Shown one piece after another: positions 36,052-45,664 of a stretch of 64,000 nt of DNA; position 1 is the stretch's first letter, and every line of letters starts with the position of its first letter. Source of the stretch: an uncultured bacterium (GTDB lineage Bacteria > Edwardsbacteria > AC1 > EtOH8); the NCBI GenBank assembly GCA_963780225.1, contig CAWAAX010000006.1, forward strand, positions 96,001-160,000, in the 5' to 3' direction. The notes beneath the pieces were generated by a model. It worked only from the letters and a program-made list of their open reading frames with translations. It was not told the origin of the DNA and did no database searches. The translations under genes and the position numbers were made by a program.

Positions 36052-37413
36052 ATGAAAAAAGGAATATTGCTGTTTACCGGGCTGGTGTTTTCCCTGACAG
36101 CCGCCCTGGCCGAAGATTATTCACTGCAGCAGGCGGTGGACATTGCGCTGAAGAACAACCCTTCCATTCAGGTCTCACGGGAAAAAATCACCGCCGCCCA
36201 GGGGCAGATGGAAACGGTTCGGGGCAACCTGGTTCCCCAGATCTCGGCTTCGGGCAGCATGGTGCGCCTCAACAGCCTGATCGACATGAAAATGGGGCCA
36301 GCCTACTACCTGCCGGTGTTGGATAGCGCCACTCACGCCCCTTCGGCATACATAGTCCCCATGGCCAGCGCTTCCATCACTTCCGACAAGATAGGAAACA
36401 CCTATTCCGGCAAACTCACCGCCAGCTGGCCGGTCTACACCGGGGGCAGGATCTGGCAGGGCTTTCAGATCACCCGGCTTAACCTGAAAGCGGCCTCCGA
36501 GTCATACGACAGCGCCAAAGCCGCGGTGGTCTTTACCGCCAAGCAGGCTTACTATGACCTGTTGCTGGCCCAAAGCGCCCTGGCCGTCACCAGGGAGGCG
36601 GTCTCCTCCATAGAAAAACACGTGGAGCGGGTCAGGGCCCTGTATCAGAACGGAATGGTCTCCCGCTACGACCTGCTGCGGGCCGAGGTCCAGCTGTCCA
36701 ACCTGCAGCCCCAGCTTATCCGGATGCAGAATGCGGTCGACCTGTCCCGGCAGACCTTTAACATGGCTTTGAACCGCAAACTGGAAGCCCCGGTAACATT
36801 ATCCGACTCCATGGAATATTTCACGGTGGAGATAGACAGCGCCTCGTTAGTGGCCAAGGCCCTAAACCTGAGGCCGGAATACCGGTCCCTGGCTCTGCGC
36901 CAGAAAATGGTGGAGAAGGCCAAATTGATCTCCTATTCCAGCTATCAGCCCACCGTGGCCCTGTTCTCCGACTATTCCTACAGCAAGGGTTCCGGGTTCT
37001 CATCCGGAGACGAGTGGAACAAGAACTGGGATCTGGGGGTCTCCGCCAGCTGGCCGCTGTTCGACGGCGGTTCCGGGCTGGGAAAGATCAAGGAGGCCCG
37101 GGCCAATGACCGGCAGCTGCGCCTGGTAAAACAGCAGGTTGAAGACTGGATCCGGCTGGAGGTCTCGGCCGGATACCTGACGCTGAAGGCCAGCGAAAAG
37201 ACCATATTCTCCCAGCAGCTTTCGGTGGGCCAGGCCGAAGAGGCGCTGAAGATAGCCAAGGCCCGCTACGAGAGCGGACAGGCCACCAACCTTGACGTGC
37301 TGGACGCCCAGCTGGCCCTGACCCAGGCCCAGACCAACCGGATCCAGGCGGTGCACGATTATCTGGTTTCCCTGGCCAGGCTGGAGAAGGCGGTGGGGGC
37401 GGCGCTTAGGTAA
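36052..37413 (+). CDS. TolC-family outer-membrane efflux protein
   Basis: Signal peptide, AL.NNP, Y..G.....D.L.A twice, WP.(Y/F).GG. Confidence 0.93.
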   Translation: MKKGILLFTGLVFSLTAALAEDYSLQQAVDIALKNNPSIQVSREKITAAQGQMETVRGNLVPQISASGSMVRLNSLIDMKMGPAYYLPVLDSATHAPSAYIVPMASASITSDKIGNTYSGKLTASWPVYTGGRIWQGFQITRLNLKAASESYDSAKAAVVFTAKQAYYDLLLAQSALAVTREAVSSIEKHVERVRALYQNGMVSRYDLLRAEVQLSNLQPQLIRMQNAVDLSRQTFNMALNRKLEAPVTLSDSMEYFTVEIDSASLVAKALNLRPEYRSLALRQKMVEKAKLISYSSYQPTVALFSDYSYSKGSGFSSGDEWNKNWDLGVSASWPLFDGGSGLGKIKEARANDRQLRLVKQQVEDWIRLEVSAGYLTLKASEKTIFSQQLSVGQAEEALKIAKARYESGQATNLDVLDAQLALTQAQTNRIQAVHDYLVSLARLEKAVGAALR

Positions 37414-37465
37414 GGACTTCACGGGGGTAACTATTTTCACGGACATTAGGACACTATGACAAACT

Positions 37466-37500
37466 TTGTGAATCGTGAATTGTGAATCGTGAATGGTGAA
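37466..37500 (+). repeat. Five heptamers (TnGTGAA)
   Basis: ttgtgaa tcgtgaa ttgtgaa tcgtgaa tggtgaa. Confidence 0.9.
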
Positions 37501-37606
37501 GTGAGTATTCCTAGTTTCATGGATTCCTGATAAAATGGCCCCTGTTAAACGATCTGGTTAATAACACAAAACAAAGAATATACTGTACAAGGAGCAAGGT
37601 TCATTC

Positions 37607-38503
37607 ATGAAGGGCAAGACCATCCTGATCGCCATAGCCGCTTTGATCGTCGTTTTCATAGGTTTCAAAATAATGAGGTCGGCAGCCGGCAAAAAAGCGG
37701 CAACTGAGCTGGTTAAAAAATTCCCGGTGGAAGTGCTGACCATCGTTCCCTCCGATTATAACGAGACCATCAACCTCTCCGGCACCATGATGGCCGAGAA
37801 CCAGACCGAGGTTCCGGCCAAGGTCCCCGGCAAGATCATAAAATACCTGCTGGAGGAAGGAGCCTGGGTGGAAAAGGGCCAGAACGTGGTCTCCATAGAC
37901 CGGGACGAGATCGGGGTGGAGTTCAAGGAAGCCTCGCTGGAAGCTCCCATTTCGGGCTGGCTCACCAAAAAATATTTTGATACCGGGGCCCATGTGGCTC
38001 CGGGCATGCCCCTGTTCCAGATCTCCGATTATCACCAGGTAAAATTGGTGATCCAGGTCCCCGAGGCCGAGATATCACGGGTCAAGGTAGGGGCCGGGGC
38101 CCAGATCTCAATAGACGCCTGGCCGGACCAGCAATTCTACGGCTCGGTCAGCCGGATGTCCCCCACGGTGGATTACTTAAGCCGCACCATCAAGGCCGAG
38201 GTCGCCATCAAGAATCCCGGAATGAAGATCCGCCCGGGAATGTACGCCCGGGCCAGGATCAACATAAAACATCATGTTAAGGCCATCGTCATACCTACCA
38301 CCGCCATCATCGAACGGGAGACAGGCTCAATGGTATTTGTGATGGAGAACGGCCAGGCTTCAGCCCGGCAGGTCTCGGTGGAACTGGACATGGGCGAGAC
38401 CAGTTCAATCAAGTCGGGCCTGTCGTTCGGCGATAAACTGATAGTGGCAGGCCAGCACTCCGTGGCCCAGGGTTCCGCAGTGGAGCTGGTGGGGGGCAAA
38501 TAA
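37607..38503 (+). CDS. RND efflux membrane-fusion protein (short, hairpin nearly absent)
   Basis: N-terminal TM, G.I......EG..V.KGQ, APISG, PGMYA, GL..GD. Confidence 0.9.
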   Translation: MKGKTILIAIAALIVVFIGFKIMRSAAGKKAATELVKKFPVEVLTIVPSDYNETINLSGTMMAENQTEVPAKVPGKIIKYLLEEGAWVEKGQNVVSIDRDEIGVEFKEASLEAPISGWLTKKYFDTGAHVAPGMPLFQISDYHQVKLVIQVPEAEISRVKVGAGAQISIDAWPDQQFYGSVSRMSPTVDYLSRTIKAEVAIKNPGMKIRPGMYARARINIKHHVKAIVIPTTAIIERETGSMVFVMENGQASARQVSVELDMGETSSIKSGLSFGDKLIVAGQHSVAQGSAVELVGGK

Positions 38504-38505
38504 CC

Positions 38506-41500
38506 ATGATACTTGCAGAATTTGGCATCAAGCGACCGGTGACGGTCTTCATGATCTTCATCGGGATCACCATCATCGGGCTGGTGGCCATGATCAATCT
38601 GAACATCGACCTGCTGCCCGACATGTCCTTTCCCATCGTGGCGGTGATGACCGATTACCCCGGGGTGGGCCCGGCCGAAGTGGAGGCCATGGTCAGCCGT
38701 CCCATGGAGAGCGTGGTCAGCATGGTGCGCAACGTCAAGAACGTGCGCTCCACCTCCAAGGAAGGCTCCTCCATGATCACCCTGGAATTCGACTGGGGCA
38801 CCGACATCGACGCCGCGGCCATAGATGTCCGGGAAAAGATCGATCTGGTAAAGTCCCATCTGCCGGCCGGGGTACAGAACCCCACCATCGTCAAATTCGA
38901 CCCGGCCCTGATGCCGGTTATGGTGGTGGGGGTCTCCAGTCCCCGGGGAGTCTCCGAGCTGCGCCAGTACTGCGACGACAACCTTAAGGACCGGCTGGCC
39001 CGGATCCCGGGGGTGGCCGCGGTAACGGTCCAGGGCGGCCAGGACCGCCAGATCCAGGTCAACATCGACCGCACCCGGATGGAGGCCCTGGGGCTTTCCT
39101 TCGATCAGGTGGGGATGGCCCTGATGGCCTCGAACCTAAATCTTCCCGGCGGACATTTGAAAAGCGGACAGCTGGATTTTTTGATCCGGATCCCGGGCGA
39201 GTTCAAAAGCGTAGAAGAGATATCCTCCACTGTTATCGGCAATAAGGGCGGAACCCCTGTCTACCTGAGGGACATCGCCAAAGTTGAGGACAGTTTTACC
39301 GAAATGGACACCGAGACCAAGCTCAACGGCCAGCGCTCGGTGGTGCTGGTCATCCAAAAGCAGTCGGGCTCCAACACCGTGGCGGTCAGCGATAAGATCC
39401 AAGCCAAGCTGAAGGAACTGCAGAAACAGGTTCCATCGGACATCAAGCTGGGGGCGGCTTTCGATTCGGCCCAGTTCATCCGGGGGTCCATCAAAAGCCT
39501 GCAAACCGAGGCCATTGGCGGATCTCTGCTGGCCATCCTGATCATACTGCTGTTCCTGCGCAATTTCTCCAGCACCCTGATCATCTCCTTGTCCATACCG
39601 TTCTCCATCATCGTCACCTTTGTGCTGCTCTACTTCCGCAACATGACCCTGAATATCATGACCCTGGGCGGTCTGGCTTTGGGGGTGGGGCGGCTGGTGG
39701 ACGATTCGATCGTCGTCCTGGAGAACATTTACCGTCACCGGGAGTCCGGGTACAGTCCCAAGGAAGCGGCTCTGAAAGGCTCCGACCAGGTGGCCATGGC
39801 GGTGTTGGCGGCCACCATCACCACCATCGTGGTCTTTTTACCGATAGCTTTTGTCTCCGGCATCGCCGGAGTGTTATTCCGTCCCATGGCTTACACTGTG
39901 TCCTTCTCCCTGATCGGCTCATATTTCGTCTCCATGATGCTGCTGCCGCTGTTGACCAGCCGCTTCCTGAAGCTCGAAAATCAAGATGCCGTCAAGGCCG
40001 GATCTTCCTGGTGGAAACGAATACTGGAGAGGATAGGGCAGTGGCTGAACGGGTTGGATGATGTTTACCAAAAGGCATTGACCTGGTCCCTGTCCCATAA
40101 AAAGACGGTGATGGGTATCACCCTGGGGGTGGTGGCAGCCAGCCTGGCGCTGTTTTTCTTCATTGATTCCGAGTTCATCCCCTCCAGCGACGAGGGGGAG
40201 TTCACCATCAACCTGACCATGCCGGTGGGCACCTCTTTCACTCAGACCGGCGTCATCATGAAGAGGATGGAGGAAATCATCAAGACCGAGGTTCCCGAGG
40301 CCCGCACGATGTATACCACCTTCGGGGCCGGCGAGGGCATGCGCAAGGCCATGGGCAGTTCCGGGCCCAATGTCGGCGCCATTCAGGTGAAGATCGGGCC
40401 GCGGGCCGAGCGGAGCCGCAGCGTGGACCAGATCCTGAACCTGCTGCGCCAGAAGTTCTCCGTCATTCCCGACGCCCAGATGGTATTCCTCTCCGGCAGT
40501 CTGATCTCACAGATAATGAGCATGGGCTCCGGCGGGGCTATCCAGGTGGACATCCAGGGCTACAATCTGGAGACCTCCAAGAAACTGGCGGAACAGATCA
40601 AAGGGATAATGGCTTCGGTCCAAGGTACCCGTGACGTCAGCGTCAGCCGCAAGGAGGGCATGCCCGAGCTGCAGGTGATGGTGGACCGCGACAAGGCGGG
40701 AGCTATGGGCCTTACAGTTTACCAGGTGGCCTCGGCGGTGGAGACGGCCTTCAAGGGCAAGACCGTGACCAGGTTCCGGGACAGCAAGTTCGGCAAGGAA
40801 TACGACGTGGTGGTTCGTTTCCAGGAGAAGGACCGCTCCCAGATGCCGGACATCAAGAACCTTAAAGTGATGAACCCGATGGGTCAGTTAGTGCCGGTCT
40901 CCACCATCGCCAGTATCCAAAAGGCTTTTGGCCCGGTGGACATCAGCCGCAAGAACCAGCAGCGGATCGTCTCGGTCACCGCCAACGCCACCGGCCGGGC
41001 CATCGGGGCCATCAACGGCGAGCTGGCCGAGAAGATAGGAAAAATCAGCATTCCAGAGGGCTTCACCGTGGAGGTGGGCGGCTCGGCCAAGGACATGGCC
41101 GACAGTTTCAAGAGCCTGTTCTACGCCACTTTACTGGCCATCATGCTGGTTTACATGGTGCTGGCCTCGCAGTTCGAATCCCTGCTGGATCCCTTCGTAA
41201 TAATGTTCTCGGTGCCGTTGGGGATCGTGGGCGTGATCTGGGGGCTGTTCCTGACCGGGATCAATTTCTCGGTGATCGCCTTCATCGGCGTCATCATGCT
41301 GGTGGGGATCGTGGTCTCCAACGCCATCCTGCTGGTGGATTACGCCAATGTCCTGAGAAGAGAGGGGTTGGCCCTTTACCAGGCGGTGATCAAGGCCGGG
41401 CATACCAGGCTGCGTCCGATATTGATGACCACTTTGACCACCATCGTGGGCATGGTCCCGATGGCGCTGGGAATAGGCGAAAGCTCGGAGACCTACGCCC

Positions 41501-41679
41501 CGCTTGCTGTTTCGGTAATCAGCGGCCTGACGGCCTCAACCGTGCTGACCTTGATCTTCGTGCCTACGCTCTATATCATCTTCGAAGAACGGTTCAAACG
41601 AGAGATCCAGAGGGACAATCCGCACCGTCGTACTACCGATCCCCATCCGCTTCGCCGCCAGGAGGACCTCGCTCAGTAA
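38506..41679 (+). CDS. RND efflux transporter (AcrB/D/F family)
   Basis: I.RPV, YPG..P.EVE, G.LVDDSIVVLENI, NAILLVD, RLRPILMT. Confidence 0.97.
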   Translation: MILAEFGIKRPVTVFMIFIGITIIGLVAMINLNIDLLPDMSFPIVAVMTDYPGVGPAEVEAMVSRPMESVVSMVRNVKNVRSTSKEGSSMITLEFDWGTDIDAAAIDVREKIDLVKSHLPAGVQNPTIVKFDPALMPVMVVGVSSPRGVSELRQYCDDNLKDRLARIPGVAAVTVQGGQDRQIQVNIDRTRMEALGLSFDQVGMALMASNLNLPGGHLKSGQLDFLIRIPGEFKSVEEISSTVIGNKGGTPVYLRDIAKVEDSFTEMDTETKLNGQRSVVLVIQKQSGSNTVAVSDKIQAKLKELQKQVPSDIKLGAAFDSAQFIRGSIKSLQTEAIGGSLLAILIILLFLRNFSSTLIISLSIPFSIIVTFVLLYFRNMTLNIMTLGGLALGVGRLVDDSIVVLENIYRHRESGYSPKEAALKGSDQVAMAVLAATITTIVVFLPIAFVSGIAGVLFRPMAYTVSFSLIGSYFVSMMLLPLLTSRFLKLENQDAVKAGSSWWKRILERIGQWLNGLDDVYQKALTWSLSHKKTVMGITLGVVAASLALFFFIDSEFIPSSDEGEFTINLTMPVGTSFTQTGVIMKRMEEIIKTEVPEARTMYTTFGAGEGMRKAMGSSGPNVGAIQVKIGPRAERSRSVDQILNLLRQKFSVIPDAQMVFLSGSLISQIMSMGSGGAIQVDIQGYNLETSKKLAEQIKGIMASVQGTRDVSVSRKEGMPELQVMVDRDKAGAMGLTVYQVASAVETAFKGKTVTRFRDSKFGKEYDVVVRFQEKDRSQMPDIKNLKVMNPMGQLVPVSTIASIQKAFGPVDISRKNQQRIVSVTANATGRAIGAINGELAEKIGKISIPEGFTVEVGGSAKDMADSFKSLFYATLLAIMLVYMVLASQFESLLDPFVIMFSVPLGIVGVIWGLFLTGINFSVIAFIGVIMLVGIVVSNAILLVDYANVLRREGLALYQAVIKAGHTRLRPILMTTLTTIVGMVPMALGIGESSETYAPLAVSVISGLTASTVLTLIFVPTLYIIFEERFKREIQRDNPHRRTTDPHPLRRQEDLAQ

Positions 41680-41792
41680 ACTGAGGGAAGCTGACAGGTA
41701 TAGCAACGCGGAATTAGAGTAAAAAACTGAATGTTCTGTCCGAAAGAAAGACTGCGAAAAAAACGAAGACATATAGAATATCAAATATTCTT

Positions 41793-41828
41793 AAAAGAGC
41801 CCCGGTGATTAAGCCGGGGCTCTTTTTT
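41793..41828. terminator. Intrinsic terminator
   Basis: aaaagagccccgg-N8-ccggggctctttttt. Confidence 0.9.
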
Positions 41829-41900
41829 ATATAAAATGACGAAACCCTGAAAAATTGCATTTTTTACCAGTCGATAAATTAACCTTTTTTAATTTAACTA

Positions 41901-41929
41901 TTGACTTCTTTTCAAAAAAGCGATAAACT
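41901..41929 (+). promoter_or_regulatory. Sigma70 promoter of the chemosensory cluster
   Basis: ttgact-N17-taaact. Confidence 0.6.
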
Positions 41930-41975
41930 GGTAAGGATTATATATTCCAGCCAGTTATAAAAAATATGGAACGCC

Positions 41976-42419
41976 ATGACTGAAAAAAATGTATTGGAAG
42001 AAAAGGTCATATTTAACCTGGGAAGTGAAAAGTTTGCACTTGGCACTGAACAGGTTAAATCCATAGAGGAGATGCAGGATATCATTCCTGTGCCTCTGGC
42101 TCCGCCATATGTTACCGGTCTGATAAACCTACGCGGGGCGATAGTGGCCGTGGTTGACCTGCGCCAAAGGATAGGCCTGGCTAATATTGAGAACAGCCGG
42201 GATATGGTGATCCTGATAGTGGAACATAACGGTGAGGACGTGGGATTGATAGTCGATCGGGTGCAAAGCGTGGAATCTTTTGAGACACAGCCACAGCCGG
42301 TGCCGGAGGCCATAACCAAGACCAAATCCGGCAGGTTCTATAAATCAATTTTGGGAGCCATGGACGAGAAAACAGTAATTCTAAATTTAGATAAAATTTT
42401 AGCATTGGAGGAGAAATAA
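41976..42419 (+). CDS. cheW: Chemotaxis adaptor
   Basis: F.LG.E.FA, VP.AP.YV.GLINLRG.IV.VVDLR, GLIVD.V. Confidence 0.95.
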   Translation: MTEKNVLEEKVIFNLGSEKFALGTEQVKSIEEMQDIIPVPLAPPYVTGLINLRGAIVAVVDLRQRIGLANIENSRDMVILIVEHNGEDVGLIVDRVQSVESFETQPQPVPEAITKTKSGRFYKSILGAMDEKTVILNLDKILALEEK

Positions 42420-42788
42420 ATGGGGCACAGGGTTTTAGTGGTAGATGACGCCATCTTCATGCGTACCATGATCTCAGACATCCTCAAGAAAGGCGACTTT
42501 GAGGTCTGCGGAGAGGGCGCAACCGGAGCCGAGGCGGTGGAACAGTACAAAAAGCTCAAGCCCGATTTGGTGATCATGGACATCATCATGCCGGACATGG
42601 GAGGCATCGAGGCGGTCAAGGCCATCATGCAGATCGATCCCAACGCCAGGGTTTTGATGTGCAGCGCCATGGGCCAGCAGGCACTGGTGGTGGAAGCCAT
42701 TCAGGCCGGAGCCCGGGATTTTGTGGTCAAGCCGTTCCAGCCCAGCCGGGTGCTGGAAGCCGCCCGCCGGGTGCTGCAGATCAGCTGA
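42420..42788 (+). CDS. cheY: Chemotaxis response regulator
   Basis: VVDDAIFMR, MDIIMP, CSAMGQQ, DFVVKPF (Bacillus/Thermotoga-type). Confidence 0.95.
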   Translation: MGHRVLVVDDAIFMRTMISDILKKGDFEVCGEGATGAEAVEQYKKLKPDLVIMDIIMPDMGGIEAVKAIMQIDPNARVLMCSAMGQQALVVEAIQAGARDFVVKPFQPSRVLEAARRVLQIS

Positions 42789-42886
42789 TTACTAATATCA
42801 AAGGGTCTGAAAAACGAGGGCAGAAAACCCGCGTTAGTTTTGGCTTTTTGAGAATTTAATGGTCATATAGACAGTCTGCAGTAAAG

Positions 42887-44827
42887 ATGGACACTACCAA
42901 ATATAGAGATCTTTTTGTCTCTGAAACCCGGGAGCATCTGGTCAGTCTCAACCGGGCTCTTTTGGCTTTGGAGAAAAATCCGGACGATCCGGCCCTGCTG
43001 GACGAGATATTCCGATCTATGCATACCATCAAGGGAATGGCCGGTTCCATAGGGCAGGACCAGATCGCCGAGCTGGCCCACAAGGCCGAAGATCTTTTGG
43101 ACAAGCTGCGCAAGCGCCAGCTTAAGCTGGCCCAGCCCCAGGTGGACGCCATCTTTGAATCCATTGACTATCTGGAAAGCGCGATGACCGAACTGGCTGC
43201 CGGTCGCGACCCCCAGCAGAACCTGAAACAGCAGGGGGTTGAACTATCAAAAAAGATCGAAGCGCTGGTGGCCGCTCCCCAGTCCTCGAAAACTGAAGTT
43301 CTCACCAGCATTTCCAGCGGCAACGATTTTTCGCGGATCAATCCCTTAAAGACCGCCGATTCTTTCGTTTACAAGATCCGGGTGCTTTTGGAAGCCGATG
43401 TGTCCTTAAAATCGGCCCGGGCCTTTTTGGTGCTGCATAACATGGAGCAGTTTGGAAAAATTGCTTATACCGTGCCGGAACGGCACGATATGGAAGCTGA
43501 GCGCTTTGACCGGGGGTTTTCGATATTTTTTGTCACCACTATGCACAGCGAAAAGGAGATCAAGTCCCGTATCGCCTCCAGCGAGATTGAGGATATCGAA
43601 ATAGAAGAAATAGTGGAAGAAACCGAAGAAGAGACGGTGGAACGCCGCACGGTTAGCGCCTTCACCCAGCTGGCCCAGGAACGCCCCAGCGAGGTCAAGG
43701 TTTCCACGGTCCGGTTGGATAAGTTGATGAATCTGGTGGGCGAACTGGTGGTCTGGCGGGAGCGGCTTAAGCAGCTGGCCCAGATGTCACAGAACACCAT
43801 GATCCAGGACAGCGTGGATCAGGTGGCCCAGATCACCTCCGAACTGCAGCATCAGGTGCTGGCCTCGCGGTTAGTGGCTATGTCCGAGATCTTTGACCGC
43901 TTCCCCCGGGTGGTGCGGGATGCCGCCAAGGTTTTGAACAAGGATATAGATTTCAAACTGGAAGGCCGGGAGCTGGAGATGGATCGTTCCATTTTGCAGA
44001 TGTTGGCCGAACCTCTAGTTCATCTTTTGCGCAACGCGGTGGATCACGGGATGGAGACCATGATCCAGCGGGAAGCTTCGAGCAAAAGGAAAATCGGTTC
44101 GGTGACCCTGTCCGCCCAAAAGATCAAGGATCAGGCTTTGATCATGGTGGAGGATGACGGCCGGGGAATCGACTCCGAAAAAATAAAGCAGAAAGCCGTC
44201 GAAAAAGGCTGGATCACAGCGGAGCAGGCCTCCAAACTAAACCAGAAACAGATATTCGATTTTTTGGCCCGGCCCGGATTTTCCACCGCCGAAAAAGTAA
44301 CGGAGGTCTCGGGGCGCGGAGTGGGGCTGGATGTGGTCAAGAGCCGGATCGAAAGCATGGGCGGGAGCATTGTCATCGAAAGCACCGCCGGCCAGGGATC
44401 GCGCTTTCTTCTTAATGTGCCGCTCAGCCTGGCCATCATCCGTACCTTGCTGGTTTCTTCCCAAAATCAGGTTTACGCCCTGCCCATGTCCCAGGTAATG
44501 GAAACTTTTGAGCTTAAGCCGGAAGGCGTAAAAACCCTGCAGGGGAAGGCGACCATAGTCTATCGCAACCAGGTCATTCCGGTGCAAAAGCTGTCCCGGT
44601 CTTTAAAGCTGGAATCGGAAGCAGGGGCGCTGGCCGGTCCGACGGTGGTGCTGGAAAGGCAGGGTTCGTTTGCCGCCTATATCATCGATCGGATTGTGGG
44701 CCAGCAGGAGATAGTAGTCAAGCCGCTTTCCCGGTTTTTAAATTTTAATAAAACCTTCAGCGGAGTGGCCATCAGCCGTGAGGGACATCCGATGCTGATA
44801 GTGGATGTCAACAATTTGGAAACCTAA
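42887..44827 (+). CDS. cheA: Chemotaxis histidine kinase (P1-P5)
   Basis: FRSMHTIKG, P2 domain, LD.LMNLVGELV, HLLRNAVDHG, DDGRG, GFST, SGRGVGLDVV, C-terminal CheW domain. Confidence 0.97.
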   Translation: MDTTKYRDLFVSETREHLVSLNRALLALEKNPDDPALLDEIFRSMHTIKGMAGSIGQDQIAELAHKAEDLLDKLRKRQLKLAQPQVDAIFESIDYLESAMTELAAGRDPQQNLKQQGVELSKKIEALVAAPQSSKTEVLTSISSGNDFSRINPLKTADSFVYKIRVLLEADVSLKSARAFLVLHNMEQFGKIAYTVPERHDMEAERFDRGFSIFFVTTMHSEKEIKSRIASSEIEDIEIEEIVEETEEETVERRTVSAFTQLAQERPSEVKVSTVRLDKLMNLVGELVVWRERLKQLAQMSQNTMIQDSVDQVAQITSELQHQVLASRLVAMSEIFDRFPRVVRDAAKVLNKDIDFKLEGRELEMDRSILQMLAEPLVHLLRNAVDHGMETMIQREASSKRKIGSVTLSAQKIKDQALIMVEDDGRGIDSEKIKQKAVEKGWITAEQASKLNQKQIFDFLARPGFSTAEKVTEVSGRGVGLDVVKSRIESMGGSIVIESTAGQGSRFLLNVPLSLAIIRTLLVSSQNQVYALPMSQVMETFELKPEGVKTLQGKATIVYRNQVIPVQKLSRSLKLESEAGALAGPTVVLERQGSFAAYIIDRIVGQQEIVVKPLSRFLNFNKTFSGVAISREGHPMLIVDVNNLET

Positions 44828-44898
44828 TTTCAGGGAACAAATTACGAAAAACAATTAACGATTAACGATTAACGGCTAATAATCAAAGGTAATATAAA

Positions 44899-45516
44899 AT
44901 GGACGTCAGCCAACTAAAAGACATTCAACTGGATGCTCTCAAAGAAGTGGCCAACATTGGGGCCTGCCATGCCGCCACCGCGCTTTCCGAGCTTACCGGC
45001 GAAAAGGTGATGGTCAACGTGCCGGTGATCCAGATCAATCCCATTGAAGAAGTATTCGGTTTGGTGGCCAAACCCAACGAGGTGGTGGCCAGCGTACTGA
45101 TTTATTTCCTGGGCGACATGACCGGCCGCACCCTGTTGCTGTTCCCTCAGGAAGCCGCTTGGCATCTTACGGACTGCCTGATGCGTCAGCCTTTAGGCAC
45201 TACCAATAAGTTCGGAGAATTAGAAGAATCGGCGCTTAAGGAAGTATCTAACGTTTTAACCTGCGCTTATATGAATTCTTTAGGCGACCTTTTGGGACTA
45301 GTGGTCGTGCCCTCCGTTCCCAGCATGGCGGTGGATATGGCCTCGGCGGTGCTGGAGGCGGTATCCCTGGAGTTCTCTAGCGACAAGGATATGGTGGTCT
45401 GCATCAAAACCGAATTCAGGTTTGTGGAAAAAAACACCACCCTTTACGGATATTTTTTACTGCTGCCCGATCCGGCCTCGCTGGAAGTGATCCTGAATGC
45501 CATCCATATGGGGTAA
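44899..45516 (+). CDS. cheC: CheY-P phosphatase
   Basis: Two ExxN motifs: DALKEVANIG and SALKEVSNVL. Confidence 0.93.
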   Translation: MDVSQLKDIQLDALKEVANIGACHAATALSELTGEKVMVNVPVIQINPIEEVFGLVAKPNEVVASVLIYFLGDMTGRTLLLFPQEAAWHLTDCLMRQPLGTTNKFGELEESALKEVSNVLTCAYMNSLGDLLGLVVVPSVPSMAVDMASAVLEAVSLEFSSDKDMVVCIKTEFRFVEKNTTLYGYFLLLPDPASLEVILNAIHMG

Positions 45517-45664
45517 CACTTATGCCCCCTGCGCAGACAGGATTGGTGTGTTTGGCAGGATATTGCTTTACCTCTGATCAGACCTCCCCGAGCATTCAAT
45601 CCCTGTACGGCAATCTACATCACAGTTCTCATAAAAAACTTTAAGCACCAACCATCATTTGTTT

